From: an uncultured Mycobacterium sp.
GTDB lineage: Bacteria > Actinomycetota > Actinomycetes > Mycobacteriales > Mycobacteriaceae
Length of the DNA stretch: 64,000 nucleotides
Assembly (NCBI GenBank): GCA_964611465.1
Contig: CAZTAA010000012.1
Coordinates: forward strand, 4,765 to 68,764
Reading direction: 5' to 3'
Positions within the stretch are counted from its first letter, which is position 1, and every line of letters starts with the position of its first letter. Shown here one piece after another: positions 19,622 to 29,795 of the stretch. The translations under genes and the position numbers were made by a program. The notes beneath the pieces are model-generated. The model did no database searches and had not been told where the DNA came from. It worked only from the letters and a program-made list of their open reading frames with translations.

Positions 19622-20812
19622 TTACTGCCCGCGCTGGGCCGCCTTCACCAGGCCGCCGCCGATGATCAGGCGCTGGATCTCACTGGTGCCCTCGTACAGG
19701 CGCAGCAGTCGGACCTCGCGGTAGATGCGCTCGACGGGCACCTCCCGCATGTAGCCGGTGCCGCCGTGGATCTGCACCGCGAGGTCGGCGACCTGGCCGG
19801 CCATCTCGGTGCAGAACAGCTTGGCCGCCGACGGCGCGATGCGGCGGTCCTCACCGCTGACCCACTTGCGTGCGGTGTCGCGGACCAGCGCCCGGCCGGC
19901 CAGCACGCCGGTCTGCTGGTCGGCGATCATCGCCTGCACCAGTTGGAAGTCGCCGATCGGCGTTCCGCCCTGGGTGGCCGTCGCGGCGTAGCCGACCGAC
20001 TCGTCGAGCGCGCGCTGCGCGGAGCCGACCGCCAGCGCGGCGATGTGCACCCGCCCGCGGGCCAGCGACGTCATCGCGGCCCGGTAGCCGTGATCCTCGG
20101 AACCCCCGACCAGGGCGGCGTCGGGCACCCGGACGTCGGTGAAGCTGACGTCGGCGGTCCAGGCGCCCTCCTGACCCATCTTCTTGTCCTTGACGCCGAC
20201 CTCGACGCCGGGGGAGTCGGCCGGGACCAGGAATACGGCGATGCCCGCGCCCTTGTCGTCGGCGGGGCGGGTGCGCGCGAACACCACGAACAGGGTGGCC
20301 GTCGGGGCGTTGGTGATGAACCGCTTCTGGCCGTTGATCACCCACCCCTCGCCGTCGCGCACCGCCTTGGATTTGAGCCCCGACGGGTTGGAGCCGGCAC
20401 CCGGCTCGGTCAGCGCGAACGATGCCACCACCTCACCGGACGCGATGCCCTCGAGCCAGCGGGACTTCTGCTCGTCGGTGCCGAACCCGACCAGCACCTG
20501 CCCGGCGATGCCGTTGTTGGTGCCGAACATCGAGCGCAGTGCCAGCGAGGTGTAGCCGAGCTCCATGGCCAGCTCGACGTCCTGGGCCAGGTTGAGGCCC
20601 AGACCGCCCCACTGCTGAGGGATGGCGTAGCCGAACAGGCCCATCCGCATCGCCTGATCCCGGATGTCGTCGGGAACGCGGTCGGAGGCGAGGATCTCGT
20701 TCTCCCGTGGAACGACCACGCTCCGCACGAATTGTCGTGTCTGGTTGAGTATTTCGGTGAAGTCCTCGTCGCTGACCTCGGGCTGGGCGGCACTGGCGGC
20801 GGCGTTGGTCAT
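19622..20812 (-). CDS. Acyl-CoA dehydrogenase
   Basis: ALTEPGAGS, INGQKRFIT, LYEGTSEI. Confidence 0.93.
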   Translation of the reverse strand: MTNAAASAAQPEVSDEDFTEILNQTRQFVRSVVVPRENEILASDRVPDDIRDQAMRMGLFGYAIPQQWGGLGLNLAQDVELAMELGYTSLALRSMFGTNNGIAGQVLVGFGTDEQKSRWLEGIASGEVVASFALTEPGAGSNPSGLKSKAVRDGEGWVINGQKRFITNAPTATLFVVFARTRPADDKGAGIAVFLVPADSPGVEVGVKDKKMGQEGAWTADVSFTDVRVPDAALVGGSEDHGYRAAMTSLARGRVHIAALAVGSAQRALDESVGYAATATQGGTPIGDFQLVQAMIADQQTGVLAGRALVRDTARKWVSGEDRRIAPSAAKLFCTEMAGQVADLAVQIHGGTGYMREVPVERIYREVRLLRLYEGTSEIQRLIIGGGLVKAAQRGQ

Positions 20813-20857
20813 TCGATCGGCGCTCCTCGGGGGCAGGGACCGGGTGTTGGCTTCAGA

Positions 20858-20867
20858 TCATATATGA
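20858..20867. promoter_or_regulatory. Perfect palindrome TCATATATGA in the divergent promoter; candidate GntR operator
   Basis: AT-rich palindrome between the divergent ACAD and FabG genes. Confidence 0.45.
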
Positions 20868-20918
20868 AATACGATATTGCAAATCCAGTGGGTTCACTTC
20901 GATGGCAGGGGATTGGCT

Positions 20919-21659
20919 GTGACGTTGTTGGCGGGCCGCACGGCGGTGGTGACCGGTGGGGCGCAGGGTCTCGGATTGGCGATCGCGCAGCGGTTCGTAT
21001 CCGAGGGCGCCCGGGTGGTGCTCGGGGACCTGAATCTGGAAGCCACCGAGGCCGCGGCGGCCAGCATCGGGGGCACCGACGTCGCGGTTGCCGCGTGCTG
21101 TGACGTCACCTCGGCCGCCGACGTCGACGCGTTGGTCGCGACCGCGGTCGAACGCTTCGGCAGTCTCGACGTCTTCGTCAACAACGCGGGCATCACCCGC
21201 GACGCCACCATGCGCAAAATGACCGAGGACCAGTTCGACCAGGTGATCGCCGTGCACCTGAAAGGCACCTGGCACGGGTTGCGGTCGGCCGCCGCCGTGA
21301 TGCGGGAGGCCGGCAGCGGCGCGATCGTGAACATGTCGTCGCTGTCCGGCAAGGTCGGCCTGGTCGGGCAGACCAACTACTCGGCCGCCAAGGCCGGCAT
21401 CGTCGGGATGACCAAGGCGGCCGCGAAAGAGCTTGCGCACGTTGGTGTCCGGGTGAACGCGATCCAGCCCGGGCTGATCCGATCGGCGATGACCGAGGCG
21501 ATGCCCGAACGCATCTGGGAGCAGAAGCTGGCCGAGGTCCCGATGGGGCGGGCCGGCGAACCCGCCGAGATCGCCAACGTGGCATTGTTCCTGGCCTCGG
21601 ACCTGTCGTCATACATGACCGGCACGGTGCTCGAGGTGACCGGCGGGCGGTTCATGTGA
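20919..21659 (+). CDS. 3-oxoacyl reductase (FabG-like SDR)
   Basis: [21 protein letters not shown]. Confidence 0.9.
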   Translation: MTLLAGRTAVVTGGAQGLGLAIAQRFVSEGARVVLGDLNLEATEAAAASIGGTDVAVAACCDVTSAADVDALVATAVERFGSLDVFVNNAGITRDATMRKMTEDQFDQVIAVHLKGTWHGLRSAAAVMREAGSGAIVNMSSLSGKVGLVGQTNYSAAKAGIVGMTKAAAKELAHVGVRVNAIQPGLIRSAMTEAMPERIWEQKLAEVPMGRAGEPAEIANVALFLASDLSSYMTGTVLEVTGGRFM

Positions 21660-22879
21660 TGCGCGACGTCGTCATCTGCGAACCGGTGCGGACGCCGATC
21701 GGGCGTTACAACGGCATGTTCGCGTCGCTGACGGCGGTGGACCTGGGTGTGGCCGTCCTCAAGGGTCTGCTGGAACGCACCGGCATCGCACCCGAAGCCG
21801 TCGAGGATGTCGTACTCGGCCACTGCTACCCGAGCATGGAGGCGCCGGCGGTCGGGCGCGTCGTGGCGTTGGATTCCGGTCTGCCCGTGACGGTTCCGGG
21901 CATGCAACTTGACCGCCGGTGCGGTTCGGGTCTGCAGTCGGTGATCCAGGCCTGCATGCAGGTCAGCACCGGGCAGAACGATCTGGTGATCGCCGGTGGC
22001 GTCGAATCGATGAGCAATGTGGTGTTCCACTCCACCGATATGCGCTGGGGCGGCGCCCGCACCGGCATCACCGTGCACGACGCGCTGGCTCGTGGGCGCA
22101 CCACCGCCGGCGGCAAATTCTATCCCGTGCCGGGCGGCATGCTCGAGACCGCCGAGAACCTGCGCCGGCAGTACTCAATTCCGCGTGCGGAACAGGACGA
22201 GTTGGCCGTCTCCTCGCATCAGCGGGCCGTCGCGGCGCAGCGCAGCGGGGTGTTCGCCGAGGAGATCATCCCGGTGACGGTTCCGTCCCGTAAAGGTGAT
22301 GCTGTCATCATCGACACCGACGAGCACCCCCGAGCCGACACCAGCGTCGAGTCCCTGGCGAAGTTGAAACCCGTTCTCGGCAAGGATGATCCGGAGGCCA
22401 CCGTCACCGCCGGAAACTCCAGCGGACAGAACGACGCGGCATCGATGTGCATCGTCACCATCCCGGAGAAGGCCGCGGAACTCGGGCTGAGGCCGCTGGT
22501 GAGGCTGGTGTCCTGGGGCGTGGCCGGGGTGGAGCCGAAGATCATGGGCATCGGCCCGGTGCCCGCGACGGCCGCGGCGCTCGACAAGGCCGGCCTGGAA
22601 CTCAAGGACATCGACCTGATCGAACTCAACGAGGCGTTCGCCGCGCAGGCGCTGGCGGTGATGCGCGAGTGGAAGTTCACCCCGGCCGATCTCGAGCGCA
22701 CCAACGTGCACGGCTCCGGCATCTCGCTCGGTCATCCCGTCGGCGCGACCGGCGGGCGCATGCTGGCGACACTGGCCCGCGAACTGGACCGCCGCCAGGC
22801 GCGCTACGGCCTGGAGACCATGTGCATCGGCGGCGGTCAGGGCCTGGCCGCGGTATTCGAAAGGGTGGATGCGACATGA
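21656..22879 (+). CDS. Acetyl-CoA acetyltransferase (canonical thiolase)
   Basis: [28 protein letters not shown]. Confidence 0.93.
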   Translation: MMRDVVICEPVRTPIGRYNGMFASLTAVDLGVAVLKGLLERTGIAPEAVEDVVLGHCYPSMEAPAVGRVVALDSGLPVTVPGMQLDRRCGSGLQSVIQACMQVSTGQNDLVIAGGVESMSNVVFHSTDMRWGGARTGITVHDALARGRTTAGGKFYPVPGGMLETAENLRRQYSIPRAEQDELAVSSHQRAVAAQRSGVFAEEIIPVTVPSRKGDAVIIDTDEHPRADTSVESLAKLKPVLGKDDPEATVTAGNSSGQNDAASMCIVTIPEKAAELGLRPLVRLVSWGVAGVEPKIMGIGPVPATAAALDKAGLELKDIDLIELNEAFAAQALAVMREWKFTPADLERTNVHGSGISLGHPVGATGGRMLATLARELDRRQARYGLETMCIGGGQGLAAVFERVDAT

Positions 22880-22930
22880 CGCGCCGGCGACGATGCAGAG
22901 CGAAGCGATGAGGAGGAGTGGCGCATATGA
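22876..22930 (+). repeat. MIRU-like interspersed repeat
   Basis: ATGACGCGCCGGCGACGATGCAGAGCGAAGCGATGAGGAGGAGTGGCGC; overlaps the thiolase stop and supplies the RBS of the next gene. Confidence 0.8.
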
Positions 22931-24117
22931 CTAAGCTCGCGCAGACGCTCGGGCTGACCGAGTTCCAGACCGAAATCGTCTCGACGGTAAGGCAATTCGT
23001 CGACAAAGAAATCATCCCGGCCGCCCAGGAACTCGAGCACGACGACACCTACCCGCAGGCCATCGTCGACCAGATGAAGGAGATGGGCCTGTTCGGGCTG
23101 ATGATCCCGGAGGAGTACGGCGGGCTCGGTGAGTCGCTGCTGACGTACGCCCTGTGTGTCGAGGAACTCGCGCGCGGGTGGATGAGCATCTCCGGTGTCA
23201 TCAACACCCACTTCATCGTCGCCTACATGATCCGCCAACACGGCACCGACGCGCAGAAGCGATACCACCTGACCAAGATGGCCACCGGCGAATCGCGCGG
23301 CGCGTTCTCCATGTCCGAACCCGAACTCGGTTCGGATGTCGCGGCGATCCGGACGAAGGCCCGCCGCGACGGGGACGGGTACGTCATCGAAGGCCAGAAG
23401 ATGTGGCTGACGAACGGCGGCAGTTCGACGCTGGTGGCGGTTCTGGTGCGCACCGACGAGGGCGCGGACAAACCGCACCGCAATCTGACCGCGTTTCTCG
23501 TCGAGAAGCCGTCCGGCTTCGGGGAAGTTTTTCCGGGCGTGACGATTCCGGGCAAGATCGACAAGCTCGGGTACAAGGGGATCGACACCACCGAGATGGT
23601 GTTCGACGGCTACCGTGCCTCGGCCGACCAGGTGCTCGGTGAGAAGCCGGGTCACGGCTTCTTCCAGATGATGGACGGCGTCGAGGTGGGCCGGGTCAAC
23701 GTGTCGGCACGCGCGTGCGGTGTCGGGATCCGTGCGTTCGAACTCGCCGCGCGGTACGCCCAGCAGCGGTCGACCTTCGGCAAGCCGATCGCCGAACATC
23801 AGGCCATCGCCTTCCAGCTGGCCGAGATGGCCACCAAAGTCGAAGCGGCACATCTGATGATGGTCAACGCCGCCCGGCTGAAGGACTCCGGCGAACGCAA
23901 CGACGTCGCCGCGGGCATGGCCAAATACCTCGCCAGCGAATTCTGCGCGGAGGTAACCCAGCAGAGCTTCCGAATCCACGGCGGCTACGGCTACTCGAAG
24001 GAATACGAGATCGAGCGGCTGATGCGCGACGCACCGTTCCTGCTCATCGGCGAGGGCACCAGCGAGATCCAGAAGCAGATCATCAGCAAGCGGTTGCTCG
24101 ACGAATACCGGATCTGA
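22927..24117 (+). CDS. Acyl-CoA dehydrogenase
   Basis: SMSEPELGSD, GQKMWLT, IGEGTSEI. Confidence 0.93.
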   Translation: MTKLAQTLGLTEFQTEIVSTVRQFVDKEIIPAAQELEHDDTYPQAIVDQMKEMGLFGLMIPEEYGGLGESLLTYALCVEELARGWMSISGVINTHFIVAYMIRQHGTDAQKRYHLTKMATGESRGAFSMSEPELGSDVAAIRTKARRDGDGYVIEGQKMWLTNGGSSTLVAVLVRTDEGADKPHRNLTAFLVEKPSGFGEVFPGVTIPGKIDKLGYKGIDTTEMVFDGYRASADQVLGEKPGHGFFQMMDGVEVGRVNVSARACGVGIRAFELAARYAQQRSTFGKPIAEHQAIAFQLAEMATKVEAAHLMMVNAARLKDSGERNDVAAGMAKYLASEFCAEVTQQSFRIHGGYGYSKEYEIERLMRDAPFLLIGEGTSEIQKQIISKRLLDEYRI

Positions 24118-24118
24118 C

Positions 24119-24790
24119 GTGTCCGCACCGGAATTCGCGCCGCGCCCGCAACTCGCCGAGGACGTGGCACGGCTGATCCGGCGCCGGATCTTCGACGGCA
24201 CCTACCCGGCCGGGAAATACATCCGGCTCGAACAGTTGGCCGACGAGCTCGGCATCAGTGTCACCCCGGTGCGGGAGGCGTTGTTCGGCCTGGGAACCGA
24301 AGGGCTGCTGATCCAGCAGCCGCGCCGCGGCTTTCTCGTGCTTCCCGTCACCCGTCGGGACATCGACGACGTCTCGGCCGTACAGGGCCATATCGGGGGC
24401 GAGTTGGCCAAGCGGGCGGCCGACCGGATCACCGCCGAACAGCTCGCCGATCTGGAAAGGATTCAGCGTGAACTCGAAGAGGCCTACGCGGCAAACGATT
24501 ACGAGAGGGCGGTACGCCTCAATCACGAGTTCCACCGCGGCATCAACGTCGCCGCCGACTCGCCGAAGCTCGCGCAGTTGATGTCGCAGATCACCCGCTA
24601 CGCGCTGGAGTCGGTGTTCCCGGCCGTCGACGGGTGGTCGGCCCACTCGTCGCGCGACCATCGGCGGGTGCTCGCGGCGCTGCGCAAGGGCGACGGCGAC
24701 GCGGCGCGCACCGCGATGGACCGGCATCTGTGTGCCGGGGCCAAGCCGCTGATCGATCACCTGGTCGGCCTGGGCGTCATCGACGACTGA
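24119..24790 (+). CDS. GntR family regulator (FCD domain)
   Basis: LADELGISVTPVREAL; NHEFH, DHRRV. Confidence 0.92.
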   Translation: MSAPEFAPRPQLAEDVARLIRRRIFDGTYPAGKYIRLEQLADELGISVTPVREALFGLGTEGLLIQQPRRGFLVLPVTRRDIDDVSAVQGHIGGELAKRAADRITAEQLADLERIQRELEEAYAANDYERAVRLNHEFHRGINVAADSPKLAQLMSQITRYALESVFPAVDGWSAHSSRDHRRVLAALRKGDGDAARTAMDRHLCAGAKPLIDHLVGLGVIDD

Positions 24791-24833
24791 CCCAAGTGTC
24801 GTTGGCTCGTCGATGAGAAAGCAAGGGTGAAAC

Positions 24834-26018
24834 ATGGGAGTCCTCGACGGAATCCGCGTTCTCGACTATGGCCGCTTCATCGCGGCGCCCTGGTGCAGCG
24901 CGTTGCTCGCCGACATGGGCGCCGAGGTGCTGCGGGTGGAGAAGCGCGAAGGTGGCGAGGACCGCTGGGTGCAGGCGGTCACCGAATCCGGCGAGGGCGG
25001 AACGTTTCTGCAGTGCAACCGCAACAAGCGCTCGCTGACACTGGATTCCACCACCGCCGAGGGCGCCGAGATCACCCGCCGCCTCGTCGCCCGATCTGAC
25101 ATCGTGGTGGCGAACATGCCGGCGGCGGGGATGCGCGCCAGCGGTCTGGACTACGAGACGCTGCGCGCGGTCAAACCCGACATCATCCTGGCCAGCGCGA
25201 CCGCCTACGGCGAAGGCGGGCCGTACAGCGATCGGATCGGTTTCGACGGCGCCGGACAGGTGATGTCGGGGGCGACGTATCGGCAGGGCTTGCCGGATCA
25301 ACCGATTCGAACGGTGGTGCCCTACGCCGACTTCGGGACCGCGCTGACGCTCACGATCGGCGTCATGATGGCGCTCTACCACCGCGACAAGACCGGCGAG
25401 GGCCAGCATGTCGAGGGCGCGCTGCTGCCCACCGCACTGATGCTGTCGAACGCCTTTCTCATCGAACGGGACCTGCTCGGCGTCGACAAGCCGCGGATGG
25501 GCAACCGCGGTACCTCGGTCGCGCCCTGCGACCTGTACCGGACATCCGACGGCGGCTGGGTGCTGCTGCAGATCGCCGGGCAGCCGATGTTCAAGCGGTG
25601 GTGCCGTCTGGTGGGGCGGGAGGATCTGTTCGACGATCCGCGGTTGGCCGACGACGACCTGCGCTGGGCCAACGGGGACGTCCTGAATGATCTGATGGCC
25701 GACTGGTGCGCGGAGAGGACGAAGGCCGAGGTGCTTAGTCTGCTGGAAGCGGCCAAACTGCCTGCCGCGCCGATGAATTCGACCGCCGAGGTGCTGGCGG
25801 ATCCACACGTGCAGGCGATGGGGTATCTGCAGCGGGTCCCGTTTCCCGGTGCGCCGCACGATGTGCCGATCATCGAGACCCCGTTCCGATTGTCGGCGAC
25901 GCCGGGAACCATCCGCCGGCGTCCGCCGCTGCTCGGTGAGCACACCGACGAGGTGCTGGACGAGATCGGTTACGGCACGGCCGATATCGCCGCGCTGCGG
26001 GAGCGCGGAATCGTCTGA
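24834..26018 (+). CDS. Family III CoA-transferase (CaiB/BaiF)
   Basis: LADMGAEVLRVE, NRNKRSLTLD, PYAD, PPLLGEHT. Confidence 0.92.
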   Translation: MGVLDGIRVLDYGRFIAAPWCSALLADMGAEVLRVEKREGGEDRWVQAVTESGEGGTFLQCNRNKRSLTLDSTTAEGAEITRRLVARSDIVVANMPAAGMRASGLDYETLRAVKPDIILASATAYGEGGPYSDRIGFDGAGQVMSGATYRQGLPDQPIRTVVPYADFGTALTLTIGVMMALYHRDKTGEGQHVEGALLPTALMLSNAFLIERDLLGVDKPRMGNRGTSVAPCDLYRTSDGGWVLLQIAGQPMFKRWCRLVGREDLFDDPRLADDDLRWANGDVLNDLMADWCAERTKAEVLSLLEAAKLPAAPMNSTAEVLADPHVQAMGYLQRVPFPGAPHDVPIIETPFRLSATPGTIRRRPPLLGEHTDEVLDEIGYGTADIAALRERGIV

Positions 26019-26043
26019 GGCGCACCTGGTACTACGTCAAGCG

Positions 26044-26067
26044 CGGACATATCGCAATTTCTGTCCG
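26044..26067. promoter_or_regulatory. Operator CGGACA-N12-TGTCCG upstream of the TetR gene
   Basis: Same half-sites and spacing as 26761-26784. Confidence 0.65.
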
Positions 26068-26123
26068 ATGTGGTGTGCCAGGGACCGAGCCAATGCCGCA
26101 CTATCATCATCCGAATGGAATCC

Positions 26124-26732
26124 ATGGGTCGCCGATGGGGGTCCGACATAGCGATGCTGGACGACGAGGCCGCCCGGCGCCGTCTTCTGGAGGCCGCTAG
26201 TCGTTGCATTTCCCGGCGGGGAAATACGCAGGTTCGGATGGCTGAGGTCGCCGAGGAAGCGGGCGTCGTGCGTTCGACGCTCTACCGCTATTTCGCCAAC
26301 CGTGATGAGTTGCTGTTGGGACTGCTGATCATGCGGACCGACATCGCTATCGCGGCTTTGGTGAGCTCGTTGTGGCAACCCGAAGACGCAGCTCAGAGCA
26401 TTCCGGAACTGATCCTGGGGCCGGTAAACCTGGTGCAGGGCAACCCATTGAACGAAGCTCTGTTCGCACCGGAAAGCACCGCATCGACGTCGGCTCTCGA
26501 GTCGGGAGCGGAATCGGTGATCGACGTCCTGCTGCGACATTTCGGGCCACTGCTGCAGAACTGGCAGACCAGTGGGCAACTCCACGCCGACCTCGATCAG
26601 CGCGAGACGGTCAGGTGGATGCAGTCGGCGTGGCTGTACCTGCTCTCGCCAGCGTGGCGCCCGCGATCAGCGGAGGACAAACGCCGCTTCGTCGAGCAGT
26701 ACCTGGTACGTGCGCTCGTCTCCAGTCGATAA
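26124..26732 (+). CDS. TetR family regulator
   Basis: VRMAEVAEEAGVVRSTLYRYF; start 26115 or 26124. Confidence 0.88.
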   Translation: MGRRWGSDIAMLDDEAARRRLLEAASRCISRRGNTQVRMAEVAEEAGVVRSTLYRYFANRDELLLGLLIMRTDIAIAALVSSLWQPEDAAQSIPELILGPVNLVQGNPLNEALFAPESTASTSALESGAESVIDVLLRHFGPLLQNWQTSGQLHADLDQRETVRWMQSAWLYLLSPAWRPRSAEDKRRFVEQYLVRALVSSR

Positions 26733-26754
26733 GACACGTAACGCAGGGTTGACC

Positions 26755-26790
26755 GACTATCGGACAATTGATAGTTTTTGTCCGATAGTC
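26755..26790. promoter_or_regulatory. 13-bp perfect inverted repeat upstream of the LLM operon
   Basis: GACTATCGGACAA / TTGTCCGATAGTC, 10-nt spacer. Confidence 0.7.
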
Positions 26791-26834
26791 CTGCGGCGCA
26801 TGGCCGCCTGCGAATCGTCCTGAGGAGCGTCCCC

Positions 26835-28088
26835 GTGAAGTTCGGTCTGTTCTATGAGTTGCAACTGCCTGCGCCGCACGACGACGGGGACGTCACCGAG
26901 AAATTCCGCGATGCGCTCGAGCATGTAGAGCTAGCCGATGCGCTCGGGTTCGATTGCATGTGGGCGACCGAACACCACTTCCTGGAGGACCATGCGCTGT
27001 CCTCGGCCCCGGAGGTGTGGCTGGCGGCTGCAGCGGCGCGGACCAAACGCATCCGGATCGGTCACGGTGTTGCCTGCGTGCCACCGGGGTTCTCGCATCC
27101 TGCCAAAGTTGCCGAGCGCATCTCGACGCTCGACCAGGTCTCGGGCGGCCGAGTCGAGTTTGGCACCGGCGAGAGTTCGTCGCGGATGGAGCTGGAGGGA
27201 TTCGGTGTCAATCCCGACACCAAGCGGGCCGCCTATCTCGAGGCGCTCGAGCAGATTTGCAACATGATGGTCATGACGCCGTATCCCGGGTTCGAGGGCG
27301 AGCACTTCTCGATGCCCTGCCGAAACGTGGTGCCCAAGCCGGCGCAGAAGCCACACCCGCCGCTGTGGATCGCCGGAAAGCCGGACCTGGCAGCACAATT
27401 GGGCATGGGCTGCCTGGGTTTCAACGCCGTCGGTGGTCGCCAGGCCAAGGTGATGGTGGACCAGTACTACGAGACCCTGCAGAAAGACTGCGTCCCGATC
27501 GGGCACACCGTGAACGCGAACATGTCGGTGTTGGCGCAGATGCATTGCGACGCCGACGGCGAGGTCGCACGGGAACGTGGCGCGAACCTGATGTTCTTCG
27601 GCTTCACGGTCGCCAAGTACTACCTGCACGGCGAGGTCCGGCCGGGCCGCAGCACGTCGTGGGAGGAGTTCGAGCAGGCACGCGACCAGCTGCCCGATAT
27701 GAGCGACAGCCCCACGAGCGCCATCGGTACGCCTGCGACCATTCGCGAACACTTGCGTGCCCTGCAGGACGCGGGTGTCGATCAGGTCTTGCTCTTGCAT
27801 CAGGGCGGCAAGCTCGACCATGAGGCGAACTGCCGTTCACTGGAATTGTTCGCCAAAGAGGTGATGCCGGAGTTCGTCGAGAACGAGGACAAGCGAGAAG
27901 CGCAGAAGGCGCAACGGCTCGCGCCCGCCATCGAAGCCGCGCTGGCCCGCAAGCAATACCTCCCGATGCCCGAAGAGATCCCCGCCGTGCTGCCCTACGG
28001 GCACTTCAGCCATATGCCCACCGCCGAGGACATCGCGATCGAGCACAGCACCTCCGAGGACACGGCCGGCGCGCTGGGGTTGCGCTGA
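26835..28088 (+). CDS. Luciferase-like (LLM) flavin-dependent oxidoreductase
   Basis: KFGLFYE...GFDCMWATEHH...GRVEFGTG. Confidence 0.88.
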   Translation: MKFGLFYELQLPAPHDDGDVTEKFRDALEHVELADALGFDCMWATEHHFLEDHALSSAPEVWLAAAAARTKRIRIGHGVACVPPGFSHPAKVAERISTLDQVSGGRVEFGTGESSSRMELEGFGVNPDTKRAAYLEALEQICNMMVMTPYPGFEGEHFSMPCRNVVPKPAQKPHPPLWIAGKPDLAAQLGMGCLGFNAVGGRQAKVMVDQYYETLQKDCVPIGHTVNANMSVLAQMHCDADGEVARERGANLMFFGFTVAKYYLHGEVRPGRSTSWEEFEQARDQLPDMSDSPTSAIGTPATIREHLRALQDAGVDQVLLLHQGGKLDHEANCRSLELFAKEVMPEFVENEDKREAQKAQRLAPAIEAALARKQYLPMPEEIPAVLPYGHFSHMPTAEDIAIEHSTSEDTAGALGLR

Positions 28089-28909
28089 TGCCCGACCACG
28101 TCGTCGTGGTGATCGGTGTCGGCGGCATGGGCGAGGCCATCGCTCGCCGCCAGGGCATTGGCCGACGGTTGCTCATTGCCGACGTCGATGACACCACCAC
28201 CGGCACAGTCGCGGCAGCGCTGACGGCGGACGGTTACGAGGTCGTCGGCGCGCATGTCGACGTCACCCCCAGGGAATCGGTGCGCGCGCTCGCACAGACC
28301 GCTGCCGCAGCGGGTTCAGTTGTCCAGATGATCCATACGGCAGGCCTGTCGCCGGTGCAGGCGAGCGCGGAGGCCATCCTGCGCGTCGACCTGTACGGGA
28401 CGGCGGTGGTGCTCGCCGAATTCGGTGATGTGATCGCTGAACACGGAGCGGGTGTCGTGATTGCCAGCATGGCGGGCCGGTTGGCGCAGCTGTCCCCGGA
28501 CCACGAATCGGCGCTCGCGACTACGGACGTCGACGAGATCCTGGGACTGCCGTTCCTGGCTCCGGATGTCCTCGCGGACCCGGCTCAGACGTACATGGTG
28601 TCCAAGCGCGCCAACGTCTTACGCGTGGCCGCCGAAAGTATGCGGTGGGGTCGTCGACGGGCCCGTCTGAACACCATCAGTCCCGGCGCAATCTCGACGC
28701 CGATGGGTCGACAGGAACTCAACGGCACCACCGGGGAGGGACTGCGTGCGCTGATAGCGGCGTCCGGCACCGGCCGCATCGGCACCAGCGCCGACATCGC
28801 TGCTGCCGCCGGATTTCTTCTCGGGCCCGACGCAAGCTTCATCACAGGTACCGACCTGCTGGTCGATGGCGGCGCGTCGGCCGTACTCAGCATGAGCGAC
28901 AACGGGTGA
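28088..28909 (+). CDS. SDR oxidoreductase (atypical Rossmann motif)
   Basis: VIGVGGMG, HTAG, YMVSK, ITGTDLLVDGG. Confidence 0.85.
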   Translation: MPDHVVVVIGVGGMGEAIARRQGIGRRLLIADVDDTTTGTVAAALTADGYEVVGAHVDVTPRESVRALAQTAAAAGSVVQMIHTAGLSPVQASAEAILRVDLYGTAVVLAEFGDVIAEHGAGVVIASMAGRLAQLSPDHESALATTDVDEILGLPFLAPDVLADPAQTYMVSKRANVLRVAAESMRWGRRRARLNTISPGAISTPMGRQELNGTTGEGLRALIAASGTGRIGTSADIAAAAGFLLGPDASFITGTDLLVDGGASAVLSMSDNG

Positions 28910-29009
28910 CGACGAGTCAGTCAAGTGCGGTTCTGGCCGAAGGAGCGCCGTTCACATCCGGGCCGGCGGGCGCAAAAGGTAGCGTGCTCCTGACGAAGGG
29001 AACACGGCG

Positions 29010-29795
29010 GTGACAGGACAGTGCGCCGGAAAAGTGGCGCTGGTGACGGGGAGCAGCCGGGGTCTCGGCAAGGCCATCGCACAACGGCTGGCCGACGAAG
29101 GGGCGACCGTTGTATTGACGGCGCGCACCGCCCAGCCGGATCCGAAATACGTGGGTTCGCTGGAGCAGACGCAGGAAGAGATCACCCGAGACGGGGGCCG
29201 CGCGGTCGCCATCGCGGCTGACCTGTCGGATCCCGCCGACAGGGACCGGCTGTTCGCGGAGGCCGTGGCACAGGTGGGGGCGCCCGACATCCTGGTCAAC
29301 AACGCCGCCGTGACGTTCCTGCGTCCGCTGGACACCTTCCCCGAGCGGCGGGTGCGGCTCATGCTGGAGATGCACGTGCTGGCGCCCCTGCATCTGACCC
29401 AGCTCGCCATCCCCGCCATGCGGGAGCGCGGCCGGGGTTGGGTGCTCAACGTCACCTCGGTCGGTGGTGACCTGCCGGCGGGCCCGCCGTTCTCCGAGTT
29501 CGACCGTACCGCCGGCTTCGGCGTCTATGGAACCGTGAAAGCGGCGCTGAACCGGATGACGAAAAGCCTTGCGGCCGAACTGTTCGACGACGGCATCGCG
29601 GTCAATGCCGCCGCACCGACGAATCCGGTCGCCACCCCCGGCGCCGGCACCTTGGACCTCGCCAAGACCGATACCGAGGACATCGAGTTGATCACCCGGA
29701 CGGCTCTGGCGCTCTGCACCGGTGATCCCGCGACGATGACCGGCCGGATCGCGCACACCCAGTCGTTCCTCCGCGAGATCGGCGAACTGCCCTGA
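29010..29795 (+). CDS. SDR oxidoreductase
   Basis: TGSSRGLG, NNAA, YGTVK. Confidence 0.88.
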   Translation: MTGQCAGKVALVTGSSRGLGKAIAQRLADEGATVVLTARTAQPDPKYVGSLEQTQEEITRDGGRAVAIAADLSDPADRDRLFAEAVAQVGAPDILVNNAAVTFLRPLDTFPERRVRLMLEMHVLAPLHLTQLAIPAMRERGRGWVLNVTSVGGDLPAGPPFSEFDRTAGFGVYGTVKAALNRMTKSLAAELFDDGIAVNAAAPTNPVATPGAGTLDLAKTDTEDIELITRTALALCTGDPATMTGRIAHTQSFLREIGELP

